Part shown: piece by piece, positions 27,509 to 37,799 of the stretch
How positions within the stretch are numbered: position 1 is the stretch's first letter
Layout of the letters: the number at the start of each line of letters is the position of its first letter
NCBI GenBank assembly: GCA_965217775.1
Contig: CBDCJH010000002.1
Span: 1,184,001-1,248,000 of the forward strand
Direction: 5' to 3'
Source of the DNA: Acidobacteriota bacterium
GTDB lineage: Bacteria; Acidobacteriota; UBA6911; RPQK01; JAJDTT01
Length of the DNA stretch: 64,000 nucleotides
Made by a program: the position numbers and the translations under genes
The notes under the pieces: model-generated
Database searches by the model: none
What the model saw: the letters and a program-made list of their open reading frames with translations, nothing else
What the model was told of the DNA's origin: nothing

Positions 27509-28231
27509 CTACCCGGTCGGCTTCTGGAAGATGACGATGTGCTGGCGGGGCAGGAGGTCGAGCGTCTCCACCCAGACCAGCGGATGCGCCGAGATCTCGC
27601 GCCGGACCTGGTCCTGGCTCATCTTGTGGAGCCGAAGGATGGGAACCGCCGGGTCCTCGGCCCGGTACTCTACCAGGACCAGGCGCCCACCCGGCTTCAG
27701 CGACCGGTGAATTCCCCGGATCATCTCCCAGGGATGAGAGAACTCGTGGTAGACGTCCACCAGGAGGGCGAGGTCCACGCTCTCGGGAGAGAGACCAGGG
27801 TCCTGGATGGTCCCTCGGATGGGTTTCACATTGCCGATTTTTCTCTGGGCGGAGCGGCGGCGGATGATCTGGAGCATCTCGTCCTGAATGTCTACCGCCA
27901 GCACCCGCCCCCCGGATCCCACCCGCTTGGCCAAACGAAAAGAAAAGTAGCCGGATCCGGCCCCGATGTCGGCGATGGTCATTCCCGTCAAGGTTCCCAG
28001 AGCGTCCAACAGCGCCTCAGGGTCCTCTTCAACCTCCCGTTCGGGGCGTTCCAGCCAGGAGGCGCCCTGGTGTCCCATGACGCGGGAGATCTCACGGCCC
28101 AGGTAGAACTTGCCGGTTCCGTGGGGATCCGTGCTGGTCCGGTGCTCGTAGCGAGGCGGTTCCGCACCGGAAATGCCCTGAAGCAGCAACGGAAGGATGC
28201 AGGCAAGGAGCGGAAATGGAGTCGATCTCAT
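27509..28231 (-). CDS. Class I SAM-dependent methyltransferase with signal peptide
   Basis: IADIGAGSGYF, AVDIQ, VDVYHEF, LKPGGRLVLVEY; N-terminus MRSTPFPLLACILPLLL. Confidence 0.9.
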   Translation of the reverse strand: MRSTPFPLLACILPLLLQGISGAEPPRYEHRTSTDPHGTGKFYLGREISRVMGHQGASWLERPEREVEEDPEALLDALGTLTGMTIADIGAGSGYFSFRLAKRVGSGGRVLAVDIQDEMLQIIRRRSAQRKIGNVKPIRGTIQDPGLSPESVDLALLVDVYHEFSHPWEMIRGIHRSLKPGGRLVLVEYRAEDPAVPILRLHKMSQDQVRREISAHPLVWVETLDLLPRQHIVIFQKPTG

Positions 28232-28426
28232 GGCAAGCCATTTTATCAGCAGACGGGATGCCAGGAGGTTGAACAGAGTTGGGAATTGGCCGTAGAGGGG
28301 CTGTTCGATAGTCCGGCGTCCGGTTGATTTGGCCAGGCCCCTGCGGTATAAAATTCCCAATACGGCCGGTAAAAGGCAGGCTCGGAACGGGAGCCGCGAG
28401 CGGTTTTTCGAATCGGGAGGAATTCC

Positions 28427-29803
28427 ATGCTGAGACTCGACGCCGACAAGCCCGTATCCTTCTGCGACGGTTTCAACCGGCGCGACTTCTTCCACGTCGG
28501 GGCGCTGTCCGGTTTGGGACTCAGTCTGGTCGATGTCTTCGGCCTGAAGGCCCTGGGGTCCGTCGATGCCGAGAAGGACCCCATGAACTGCATCTTCCTC
28601 TTCCTGGTCGGCGGTCCCAGCCAGTTGGACACCTGGGACATGAAGCCGGATGCGCCCGCCGAGATCCGGGGTCCGTTCAAACCCATTCCCACCAACGTGG
28701 ACGGGATCCGGATCAGCGAGATCTTCCCGCGGATGGCGGGGCACGCCGACAAGTTTTCACTGGTTCGGAGCCTCTACCACGATGCGGCTGCGGTGCATGA
28801 CACGGGACATCAGATGATGCAGACCGGCCGCCTTTTCCAGGCCGGCGTGGAGCACCCGCACGCCGGCTGCGTCATCAACAAGCTCCGGGGCCCGCGTGGG
28901 GCCCTGCCGGCCCACGTCCTGATCCCCCGTCCCATCGGCAAGACCGGTGGCAACATGCCCCACGGCCAGGACGCCGGGTACCTGGGCCGGGGGCTCGACC
29001 CCTTTGTCCTCAACAGCGACCCGTCGCTGCCCGATTTCAAGGTGCGGGACCTCCTGCCTCCCGACTACATCTCCGCAAGTCGTCTGAACCGGCGCCGTAA
29101 CCTGAGAGAGATCGTGGACGGGGTGGTGGGCAATTTCGAGAACAGTGACGACGCCCGGCTGCTGGATTCCAGTTTCCATCAGGCCTATACCCTGATTTCC
29201 TCGTCAAGCGCCCGGGAGGCGTTCGACATCAACCTGGAAGACAATGCGGTCCGAGACCGTTACGGCCGCAACAAGTTCGGACAAAGCTGCCTGCTGGCCC
29301 GGCGGCTGGTGGAGCGGGGCGTTCGGTTCGTGACGGTCAACATGTTCGAGACCGTCTTCAACGAGATCACGTGGGATATCCACGGATCGGCCCCCTTCAG
29401 CCCCATCAGTTGCTACTCGGATCTGGTCGGTCCCATGTTCGACAATGGTTTCTCGTCCCTGGTGGAGGACCTGCAGGACCGCGGGATGTTGGAGAACACG
29501 CTGATCGTGGCCATGGGCGAGTTCGGCCGCACTCCCAAGATCAATCCGGCCGGCGGCCGCGATCACTGGCCCGGTTGCTGGTCCACGGTTTTCGCCGGCG
29601 GAGGCATCCAGGGCGGACGGGTCGTGGGCGAGTCGGATGAGATCGGAGCCCTGCCCAAGGATCGTCCGGTGACCCCGTCAGAGGTCGTGGCCACCGTCTA
29701 TCACCTGCTCGGCGTGGACCTGGAGACGGAGCTGGACGGGCCCGGCGGACGGCCCGTGCCCATCGTCGATTACAACGTCGAGCCCATCTACGAGTTGATC
29801 TGA
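28427..29803 (+). CDS. DUF1501 domain protein
   Basis: RRDF, GGPSQLDTWDMKP, LLARRLVERGV, WDIH, GEFGRTP, GRDHW. Confidence 0.92.
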   Translation: MLRLDADKPVSFCDGFNRRDFFHVGALSGLGLSLVDVFGLKALGSVDAEKDPMNCIFLFLVGGPSQLDTWDMKPDAPAEIRGPFKPIPTNVDGIRISEIFPRMAGHADKFSLVRSLYHDAAAVHDTGHQMMQTGRLFQAGVEHPHAGCVINKLRGPRGALPAHVLIPRPIGKTGGNMPHGQDAGYLGRGLDPFVLNSDPSLPDFKVRDLLPPDYISASRLNRRRNLREIVDGVVGNFENSDDARLLDSSFHQAYTLISSSSAREAFDINLEDNAVRDRYGRNKFGQSCLLARRLVERGVRFVTVNMFETVFNEITWDIHGSAPFSPISCYSDLVGPMFDNGFSSLVEDLQDRGMLENTLIVAMGEFGRTPKINPAGGRDHWPGCWSTVFAGGGIQGGRVVGESDEIGALPKDRPVTPSEVVATVYHLLGVDLETELDGPGGRPVPIVDYNVEPIYELI

Positions 29804-29807
29804 GGTC

Positions 29808-31964
29808 GTGACCAAGCGGTCGCCATTCCTCCCGCTGTTTCTCCTGTCCTTTGCCGTCTTGCAGGCGGCTCCGGATTCCCCCAGCTTCCGGAACGACGTC
29901 CTGCCGATCCTGAGCAAGGCGGGCTGCAATTCGGGACCCTGTCACGGCGCCCTGGCGGGGAAGAACGGGTTCCGGCTCTCGCTTCGCGGATACGATCCGG
30001 TCACCGATTACTTTTCCCTCACCCGGGAGGCGCTCGGCCGCAGATTGGTCAAGATGGCGCCCGCCCGGAGCCTGATCCTCTTGAAGCCGACCCTGACCCT
30101 TCCCCACGGAGGAGGAAAACGCTTCGAGGTCGATTCTCCCGAATACCGGGTGATCGCGGACTGGATCGCGGCGGGCGCGCCGGCTCCGAATCCCGAAGAT
30201 CCGGTGATCGAGACCATTGAGGTGAATCCCGACAAGATTCTGCTGCAGAAACCCGGGGACACGGTTCAGATCTCGGTGCAGGCCCGATTCTCGGACGGGA
30301 CTTCCCGGGAGGTGACGCGCCAGACCAAGTTCAGTTCCACCAATGAGGGCGTCGTGGCCGTGGGCGATCGGGGTCTGGCCACCGCCAAGGGCCACGGAGA
30401 GGGCGCGGTCTCCGTCTGGTACTCCAGCAAGGTGGCCTTCTCCCGCGTGACGGTGCCTCATGAACGCCAACTGGGCCCGGAAGTCTTCGGGCAGGCTCCC
30501 CGCAACAACAGGGTGGACGACCTGGTTCTGGCCAAACTCCGCGAGCTGCGGATTCCTCCCTCCCCGCCGTGCGACGACAACACCTTCATCCGAAGGGTCT
30601 ATCTGGACACGATCGGGGTGTTGCCGAGCCGGCAGGATCTGAGCCGGTTTCTTGCGGATACGAGCAGTGACCGGCGGGCGCGGCTGATCGATGTGGTCCT
30701 GGAGCGGCCCGAGTACGTGGATTACTGGACCTACAAGTGGTCCGACCTGCTCCTGGTCTCCAGCCGCAAGCTGGAACCGGCCGCCATGTGGTCCTACTAC
30801 GACTGGATCCGGAACGGGGTAGCCGAGAACCGTCCTTGGGACCGGTTCATCGAAGATCTGGTCACCGCCACCGGAAGCAATCTGGAGAACGGGGCCGTCA
30901 ACTACTGGCTGATCCACCAGCAACCCCAGGAGATCACGGAGAACCTGAGCCAGGCGTTTCTGGGGATCTCCCTGACCTGTGCCCGCTGTCACAATCACCC
31001 CTTGGAGAAGTGGACCCAGGATCAGTACTACGGGATGGCCAACCTGGTCTCCCGCGTTCGTCTCAAGAACGGTCAGGCCGCAGGCGAATTCACGCTGGTC
31101 CCGCGGCCGGTGGGAGAGGTCAACCATCCCCGCCTGGGACGGCCCATGCCGCCGCAGCCTCTGGACGGCGAGTCCCTGGGGCTGGACGATCCGGCCGATC
31201 GGCGGCGCCACCTGGCGCGCTGGTTGGTGGGCAGCGAACACTTCGCCCGAAGCTTGGTCAATCGGGTCTGGGCCCATTTCTTCGGGCGGGGCATCGTGGA
31301 CCCGGAGGACGATCTCAGGGCCACCAACCCGGCGTCCAACGAGGCTCTCCTGTCGGCTCTGACCCGGGATTTCATGGACAACGGCCACGACGTCAAGCGT
31401 CTGATCCGAACCATTCTGAACTCGGCCACCTATCAACTCTCCTCCCAGGCCAATCCGGCCAATGGAAACGACGAAGAGTACTTCTCCCACCATCGGAGCC
31501 GGCGGTTGCCGGCCGAGGTGGTGCTCGACGCCATCTCCCAGGTCACGGAAATCCCCGAGGAGTTCAAGGGCTATCCCCTCGGGACCCGGGCACTCCAGTT
31601 GCCCGAAACCCAGGTCGAGTCCTACTTCCTCGACTCCTTCGGGCGTCCGCCGCGGCTGTCCTCCGGAGCCGATGAACGCAAGGGCGATGCCAACGTGGCT
31701 CAGGTCCTCCACCTGATCAACGGAGGGACGCTGAACCGGAAGCTGAGGGCGGAAGCAGGCGCCGTCGATCGGTTTCTGGATCTGGAGCTTCCGGCTCCGG
31801 AACTGGTGGAGCAGGTCTATGAGACGGCCCTGTCGCGGCGGCCGAGCCGGCCTGAAGTCGCCCGGCTGGTCGCGGCCCTGGATCTGGAGCAGGCCAGCCG
31901 TGAGGGCATCGAGGACCTGTTCTGGGCCGTCCTGACCAGCAAGGAATTTCTGTTCACTCACTGA
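29808..31964 (+). CDS. DUF1549/DUF1553 (PSCyt2/PSD1) protein with Ig-like domain
   Basis: GCNSGPCHG, CARCHNHP, VNRVWAHFFGRGIV, RRLPAEV, SKEFLFTH. Confidence 0.9.
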   Translation: MTKRSPFLPLFLLSFAVLQAAPDSPSFRNDVLPILSKAGCNSGPCHGALAGKNGFRLSLRGYDPVTDYFSLTREALGRRLVKMAPARSLILLKPTLTLPHGGGKRFEVDSPEYRVIADWIAAGAPAPNPEDPVIETIEVNPDKILLQKPGDTVQISVQARFSDGTSREVTRQTKFSSTNEGVVAVGDRGLATAKGHGEGAVSVWYSSKVAFSRVTVPHERQLGPEVFGQAPRNNRVDDLVLAKLRELRIPPSPPCDDNTFIRRVYLDTIGVLPSRQDLSRFLADTSSDRRARLIDVVLERPEYVDYWTYKWSDLLLVSSRKLEPAAMWSYYDWIRNGVAENRPWDRFIEDLVTATGSNLENGAVNYWLIHQQPQEITENLSQAFLGISLTCARCHNHPLEKWTQDQYYGMANLVSRVRLKNGQAAGEFTLVPRPVGEVNHPRLGRPMPPQPLDGESLGLDDPADRRRHLARWLVGSEHFARSLVNRVWAHFFGRGIVDPEDDLRATNPASNEALLSALTRDFMDNGHDVKRLIRTILNSATYQLSSQANPANGNDEEYFSHHRSRRLPAEVVLDAISQVTEIPEEFKGYPLGTRALQLPETQVESYFLDSFGRPPRLSSGADERKGDANVAQVLHLINGGTLNRKLRAEAGAVDRFLDLELPAPELVEQVYETALSRRPSRPEVARLVAALDLEQASREGIEDLFWAVLTSKEFLFTH

Positions 31965-31982
31965 TCCACCGCGGGGCGGAAT

Positions 31983-33287
31983 TTGTACATGGGCGTCCTT
32001 TCTTCCGGTCCGGCCTCTCTGGCTGGGTTTCTACTCTTGGCCGCGACGGCCTCGGGGAGCGCCGGCGGCCGGAGCGAACCGGCGCCGGCCGCCGCCGCCA
32101 GCAAAATCCTGGCCCGCGAGTGTTACTCCTGCCACAACCAGGTGAAGCGGTCGGGCTCCTTGAGCCTCCACACCTACCGGACCCTCATGAAGGGGGGCAA
32201 CAACGGTCCCGCGCTGGTCCCGGGTCGGAGCGATGAGAGTCGGATGATCCAGATGGTAGAGGGCCTGCTGGAGCCCATCATGCCCGAGGACGGGTTCCTT
32301 GCCGACCAGGACATCGAAGTCCTTCGGGCCTGGGTCGACGCCGGCGCTCCGCCCTGGGACGGCGATCTGGGACGAATGCGCCTGGAACGGCTTCCCGACA
32401 TCCGTCCCGCCGAAACGGTCCGGCCGGAAGTAGCGAGTCTGGCTTTTCATCCCGGCGGAACCATGGTTGCCGCGGGCAGCTACCGGGAGATCCGGCTGCT
32501 CCGGCCCGGGGGAGAAGTCCAGGCCCGGCTGACCGGATTGGCCGAGACGGTGCGGTCGGTCGCCTTCAGCCCGGATGGGTCGCGGCTGGCCTCGGGGGCC
32601 GGAATGCCGTCCCGCTTCGGAGAGGTCAAGATCTGGGACCCGGCCGCCCGGGAGCTGGTCCGAGGCTGGGAAGGCCACACCGACTGCATCTACTCGGTGG
32701 CCTTCAGTCCCGACGGGTCGGTGCTGGCCACGGCCAGCTACGATCGCCTCATCAAATTGTGGGAGGTGAAGACGGGCCGGGAGATCCGAACCATCTCCGG
32801 ACACGTGGATGCGGTCTATTCGTTGGCCTTCAATTCCGCGGGCGACCGCTTGGCCTCGGCTTCGGCCGACCGCACGGTCAAAGTCTGGGACGTCGCCAGC
32901 GGACGGCAGTTGGGGACGCCACTCTCGGGATCGACGGCCGAACTTTTCACCATGGCGTTCTACCCGGGCGGACGCCGGATCGCCGCCGCCGGCATGGACA
33001 AGATGATTCGGATCTGGGATCTGGGCGCGGACGGAGGCACCCTGGCCGGTTCCGTCTTCTCCCATGACGGTCCGGTCATCGACCTCTCTCTGACGCCGGA
33101 TGGGAACACCCTGATTTCGGCCGGCGCCGACGGACGAGTCAAATTCTGGGACGCCCTTTCCTTGGAGGAAAGGAAGGCGCTGGAGGCTCAGCCGGACACG
33201 GTCCTGGCCTTGGCCGTCAGTCCCTCCGGCGAGACTTTGGCCGTGGGCCGCTATGATGGGATCGTCGTCTTCGAGCCGATACCATAG
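31983..33287 (+). CDS. Planctomycete-type cytochrome c domain plus WD40 repeats
   Basis: CYSCH heme motif; repeated VAFSPDG, GH and WD units. Confidence 0.9.
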   Translation: MYMGVLSSGPASLAGFLLLAATASGSAGGRSEPAPAAAASKILARECYSCHNQVKRSGSLSLHTYRTLMKGGNNGPALVPGRSDESRMIQMVEGLLEPIMPEDGFLADQDIEVLRAWVDAGAPPWDGDLGRMRLERLPDIRPAETVRPEVASLAFHPGGTMVAAGSYREIRLLRPGGEVQARLTGLAETVRSVAFSPDGSRLASGAGMPSRFGEVKIWDPAARELVRGWEGHTDCIYSVAFSPDGSVLATASYDRLIKLWEVKTGREIRTISGHVDAVYSLAFNSAGDRLASASADRTVKVWDVASGRQLGTPLSGSTAELFTMAFYPGGRRIAAAGMDKMIRIWDLGADGGTLAGSVFSHDGPVIDLSLTPDGNTLISAGADGRVKFWDALSLEERKALEAQPDTVLALAVSPSGETLAVGRYDGIVVFEPIP

Positions 33288-33299
33288 CCGAGCAAGCCA

Positions 33300-35696
33300 A
33301 TGATGAAAAAAATGTCGATATTTCGGGGATTTCTCATCGTGTCGCTGGTGGCGCCGCTGTTCGGGCAACACGCGCCTCCGACCCTGACCTCAACGGTTCC
33401 TCTGGGTGGACAGCGGGGAACCAGCGTCACGCTCCTGCTGGATGGGTCCAACCTGGGAGAGGTCCGGCGGGTCCTCTTCGATCACGAGGGTCTGGACGCC
33501 GTCATCGAAAGGCAACGGGAACTGCCCAACCCGCGAAAGATGGCCGAGGGGCAGACCCGGGCCCTGATCCTGGACGGCGCCACCCGGAACCGTCTCTGGG
33601 TGCGGGTCGACGTCGACGGTTCCGTTCCTCCCGATCTCTACCACTTCAGGGTGTGGACGCCGCTGGGTCTGAGCAATCCGCTTCCGTTCGCGGTGGGAGA
33701 CTTCCCCGAGGTGGAGGAGACCCAGTTCAACGACACTCCACGGCAGGCGCAGCCCGTTACGCTGCCGGTGACCGTCCGGGGCGATATTTCCAGCACCGGA
33801 GACGTGGATCATTTTCGGTTTCGAGCTCGGCAAGGGCAGCATCTGGCCTTTCGCGTCATCTCCTCGCCGTTGGGATCGATTCTGAATGCCCAGATGCAGC
33901 TTTTGGATGGATCGGGGAAAAGGATCGAAGGATGTGTTTCGCGGTCGGGGAAATCGGCCTTTCTCAGCTGCCGGATCCCGGACCGGGGGATCCATGTCAT
34001 TCGGGTCGCCGACAAGAACCGCGTCGGCGCCATGAGCGGGTACGAATACCGGCTCGAAGCGGGTGAGTTCCCACTGTTGGAAAGCGTGTTCCCGCTGGGA
34101 GTCCAAGCGGGCAAGGAGACCCGTCTCAAGGTCTGGGGCGCCAATCTGGGGGACATCGATACGATTCCCTTTACGGCTCTCGAAGAGCAGGTGGGAAAGA
34201 TTATCCCGCTGACCGTTCCGCAGGCCTCCAACCGGCTCCGGTTGGCCGTCGGGGCCCATCCTGAAACACTGGAAACAGAGCCTAACAATACCCGGGAGAC
34301 GGCCCAGCCGGTGAGCTGGCCCGTCACCCTGAACGGACACGTCCACTCCTCGGCCGACAGCTCCCATCCGGAAGGTCCGGACCAGGATCTGTTTCGATTC
34401 GAGGCTCGAAAGGGACAGGTCCTGATCCTGGAGGTGGAAGCCTCCAGGCTGGGCTCCTCCCTGGACTCCCTGGTGGAGATCTGGGACGCCCAGGGCCGGC
34501 CGGTCCGCCGGGCGGAAGTACGTTGCCTTGCACAGACCGAGGTCGTTCTCAGCAATCGCGACTCGATCCAAGGGTCGATGCGTCTGGAGTCGACCGAGGA
34601 TCTGGCGCTGGACGATTATCTGATGGTCGGCTCGGAGATCGTGCAGATCAAGGCGATGCCGAGAGGTCCTGACGACGATGCCCGGTTCAAGTCGTTCCGG
34701 GGTGTGCGGCAGGCCCTGTTCGGGACCACGGCCGAGGGTCACGCCGTGGGAGACCCGGTCTACAAGGTTCGCTTGTTTCCCGCAGGCACCCGCTTCAGCG
34801 CCAACGGGATGCCCGTATTCCATCTCAACTACCGCAACGACGACGGAGGACCCGCATACGGCCGTGACTCCAATCTGGAATTTACGGTGCGCACCGACGG
34901 AACCTACCTGGTGGCCCTTCGGGATTCTCGGGGCCAGGAAGGTGCGGATCACCCCTACCGGCTGACGATCCGGGAGCCGAGTCCCGATTTTCGGATGGAG
35001 ATGCCCTCGCGCCGCTCGGGCCGCATTTTGAGCGACGCCGGAGATTCGACCCACTTCAACCTTCCGGCCGGGGGACGTCTCACCGTCGATGTCGCGGTGT
35101 ATCGGCTGGACGGATTCAACGGAGAAGTGCGGGTGCAAATGGAGGATCTTCCCGCGGGCGTCAGCTCTGGGACCGCAGTGGTTCCGGCAGGCGCCGACTC
35201 CACCGTGATCCTCCTCGAGGCGACGCCCGAGGCCTCGTTTGCTCCGGCTCGGGTGAGGATCGTGGGCCGGGCCGAGGTGAACGGCCGTCAGTTGGTCCGA
35301 ACCTTGGGGAACGATCCGGGTATCCTACTCGCTCTCAACACGGTGTCCGATCTCACCGTAGCCGTCGATCGCCGGGAGGTTCGTCTGGAGCCTGGGAAGG
35401 AGGCGCGCATCCGCGTCGACATCGACCGCCTCGGAGAGTTTCAAGGCCGGGTCCCGGTCAACGTTCGCAACCTTCCTTACGGGGTCCGGGTGATGAACGT
35501 GGGGCTCAACGGCATCCTGGTGACGGAAGAGGAGAGCAGCCGTGTATTCACCCTCTATGCCGAACCCTGGGTGAAACCCCTCGTCCAGCCCATCTATGTC
35601 GTCGCTCGAGTCGAGACGAACTCACCGAATACGCTGGAGCACGCGGCGGCAGCGGTCCAACTCCAAGTCGCCGGTGACCCGGCGCCGGGCCGGTAA
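33300..35696 (+). CDS. PPC (pre-peptidase C-terminal) domain protein
   Basis: PLGGQRGT, E.EPNN, GDVDHFRF.A..GQ repeats; signal peptide. Confidence 0.82.
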   Translation: MMKKMSIFRGFLIVSLVAPLFGQHAPPTLTSTVPLGGQRGTSVTLLLDGSNLGEVRRVLFDHEGLDAVIERQRELPNPRKMAEGQTRALILDGATRNRLWVRVDVDGSVPPDLYHFRVWTPLGLSNPLPFAVGDFPEVEETQFNDTPRQAQPVTLPVTVRGDISSTGDVDHFRFRARQGQHLAFRVISSPLGSILNAQMQLLDGSGKRIEGCVSRSGKSAFLSCRIPDRGIHVIRVADKNRVGAMSGYEYRLEAGEFPLLESVFPLGVQAGKETRLKVWGANLGDIDTIPFTALEEQVGKIIPLTVPQASNRLRLAVGAHPETLETEPNNTRETAQPVSWPVTLNGHVHSSADSSHPEGPDQDLFRFEARKGQVLILEVEASRLGSSLDSLVEIWDAQGRPVRRAEVRCLAQTEVVLSNRDSIQGSMRLESTEDLALDDYLMVGSEIVQIKAMPRGPDDDARFKSFRGVRQALFGTTAEGHAVGDPVYKVRLFPAGTRFSANGMPVFHLNYRNDDGGPAYGRDSNLEFTVRTDGTYLVALRDSRGQEGADHPYRLTIREPSPDFRMEMPSRRSGRILSDAGDSTHFNLPAGGRLTVDVAVYRLDGFNGEVRVQMEDLPAGVSSGTAVVPAGADSTVILLEATPEASFAPARVRIVGRAEVNGRQLVRTLGNDPGILLALNTVSDLTVAVDRREVRLEPGKEARIRVDIDRLGEFQGRVPVNVRNLPYGVRVMNVGLNGILVTEEESSRVFTLYAEPWVKPLVQPIYVVARVETNSPNTLEHAAAAVQLQVAGDPAPGR

Positions 35697-35716
35697 CCGG
35701 CAAGCGGAGGAGAGCG

Positions 35717-37021
35717 TTGAAGCCTTATCGATTCCAAAGATCGCAGGAACTGTACGCGGAGGCTTGCAAGGTTCTGGCCGGCGGCGTCAGCAGCCACTTT
35801 CGGACCCTGGGGCGGCCCCACCCCATGTTCTTCGCCGAAGGGCGGGGCGTCCGGGTCCGGGACGTGGACGGCAACGAGTATCTGGACTTCACCCTGAGCC
35901 AGGGTCCCATGTTGTTGGGACATTCCCACCCGGAGGTGTTGGAGCGGGTCCGGCTGGAGCAGTCCAAGGGACAGCTCTACGCGGCCCAGAGCGAGCTGGA
36001 GATCGAGCTGGCCCGGCTCTTGACGCAGATACTGCCCAGCGCCGACCTGGTCCGGTTCTCCAACAGCGGGTCCGACGCGGCCCACGCGGTCTTTCGCATG
36101 GCACGAGCCCTGACCGGAAGGCGAAAGATCCTCAAGTTCGAGGGCCACTACCACGGCTGGTTCGATGACATCTTCCTGGACGTCAAGCCGGAAGCGGACG
36201 GATCCGGATACCGGACCTCGCTCCTCACCGGCGGACAACCGGCCTCGGTTCTGGATCAGGTCGTGGTCCTCCCCTGGAACGATCTGGAGGTGGTCCGGGA
36301 GACCTTGGAGCGGGACCCGGAAATCGCCGCCGTGGTGACCGAGCCCATCATGTGCAACAACAGTTGCATCCTTCCCGAGCCCGGATATCTGGAGGGCCTG
36401 CGGGAACTCTGCACCCGGCATGGCGTGGTGCTCATCTTCGACGAGGTCATCACCGGCTTCCGGGTGGCGCTGGGTGGGGCGCAGGAACTGTTGGGGGTGG
36501 AGTCGGACCTGTCGATTTACGGGAAGGCCATGGCCAGCGGCTTTCCCCTCAGCCTGATCGCCGGAAAACGGCAATTCATGGAGTGCCTGGCGGATGGCCG
36601 GGTGGTGCACGCGGGGACCATGAACGCGAATATTCCCGCTCTGGCGGCTTCGCTGGCCTCGGTGGAGATCCTGAATCGGGAGAGGAACGAGTTGTACCGG
36701 CGAATCACTCGGCTCGGCCGGCGGCTCATGGAGGGCCTGGGGAAGAGGGCGCGGGCCCGGGGACTCCCCCTGCTGGTCCAGGGGTTGGGCCCCATGTTTC
36801 ACACCGGGTTTACATCATTGGAATCGGTCCGGAATCTGCGCCAGTGCGCCAACTACGACATGGGCCGAATGGATGAGTTGGCCTTCGGACTCCTCAGAAG
36901 AGGGGTTCGGATCATCGGAAGAGGGCTCTGGTTCGTCTCCGCTGCGCTCACCGAGGACAACGTGGATACGGTGCTGGAGACGGCGGATCAGGTGTTCGAA
37001 GGGATGGACGGGGATTCCTGA
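35717..37021 (+). CDS. Class III PLP aminotransferase (glutamate-1-semialdehyde aminomutase-like)
   Basis: DVDGNEYLD, FEGHYHG, LIFDEVITGFR, YGKAMASG, HAGT. Confidence 0.9.
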   Translation: MKPYRFQRSQELYAEACKVLAGGVSSHFRTLGRPHPMFFAEGRGVRVRDVDGNEYLDFTLSQGPMLLGHSHPEVLERVRLEQSKGQLYAAQSELEIELARLLTQILPSADLVRFSNSGSDAAHAVFRMARALTGRRKILKFEGHYHGWFDDIFLDVKPEADGSGYRTSLLTGGQPASVLDQVVVLPWNDLEVVRETLERDPEIAAVVTEPIMCNNSCILPEPGYLEGLRELCTRHGVVLIFDEVITGFRVALGGAQELLGVESDLSIYGKAMASGFPLSLIAGKRQFMECLADGRVVHAGTMNANIPALAASLASVEILNRERNELYRRITRLGRRLMEGLGKRARARGLPLLVQGLGPMFHTGFTSLESVRNLRQCANYDMGRMDELAFGLLRRGVRIIGRGLWFVSAALTEDNVDTVLETADQVFEGMDGDS

Positions 37022-37133
37022 GGGGCTGGAAGCCCCTTGCAGGTCCGGGTCCTTCACCGAATTCGGGCCGCATCTGGCCTTTCCGGAACGACTGTGATAA
37101 AAGTGGGCGAAATTTCCCACCAGGAGGGATGCG

Positions 37134-37799
37134 ATGCGTGGTTTTAGATTCATCTTTCTGTCTTTGGTCATCCTCTCGGTATCGGCTTGTTCCGGGCCGT
37201 CAGGAGGAGATGTCGCCAAGGCTCCGGAAGAGAAGCCCGAGCCGCCGCCACCATCGGGAGACCCGGTCGTCACCATTCAGACCATCAAGGGAGACATCGT
37301 CGTGCGGCTGCGACCCGATCTGGCGCCCAACAGCGCTGAACGTTTCAAGATCATGGCGATGGCAGGATTCTACAACCGCTCCACCTTCCACTACGTGAGC
37401 AAGGGTTTCATCCAGGGAGGCGATCCTTTCTCCAAGGACAACGATCCCTACAACGACGGCAAAGGCAACGCCGCCGAGTGGATCAACGCCGAGTTCCAGG
37501 AGGACTACAAGGTGGAACGGGGGTCTGTGGGCATGATGCGCAAGGACACTCAGCCCGACTCGTCGAGCTGCCAGTTCTTCATCTCCCTGCGCCGCAAAAA
37601 GGAGTGGGACGGCAAGTACAACATCTTCGGGGAGGTCATCGAAGGGATCGAGGTCGCTGAGGCCATTGGCGCATCTCCCATCGTCAAGAGTGATCGCAAG
37701 CTGGACAATCATCCGACGGGCAAGATGACCATCAAGAGAATGAAAGTGGAGTACCGGGAGTTCCCGGAAGAGGCGGCCGCGGAAGCCACTGAGGGATAA
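37134..37799 (+). CDS. Cyclophilin-type peptidyl-prolyl isomerase, lipoprotein
   Basis: Lipobox VSAC; FIQGGDP, QFFI, YNIFGEVIEG. Confidence 0.9.
   Translation: MRGFRFIFLSLVILSVSACSGPSGGDVAKAPEEKPEPPPPSGDPVVTIQTIKGDIVVRLRPDLAPNSAERFKIMAMAGFYNRSTFHYVSKGFIQGGDPFSKDNDPYNDGKGNAAEWINAEFQEDYKVERGSVGMMRKDTQPDSSSCQFFISLRRKKEWDGKYNIFGEVIEGIEVAEAIGASPIVKSDRKLDNHPTGKMTIKRMKVEYREFPEEAAAEATEG

Noticed and set aside
27509-28744. 411-aa extended methyltransferase ORF
   Set aside because: The N-terminal extension is antisense to the DUF1501 gene; the signal peptide indicates a start at 28231.
29541-35138. Long minus-strand ORFs (806, 446 and 582 aa) and similar long overlapping ORFs elsewhere
   Set aside because: Typical high-GC antisense shadows of well-supported genes, with no protein motifs.
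35717-37021. Assigning the symbol hemL
   Set aside because: The family is clear, but there is no tetrapyrrole context and paralogs are common.
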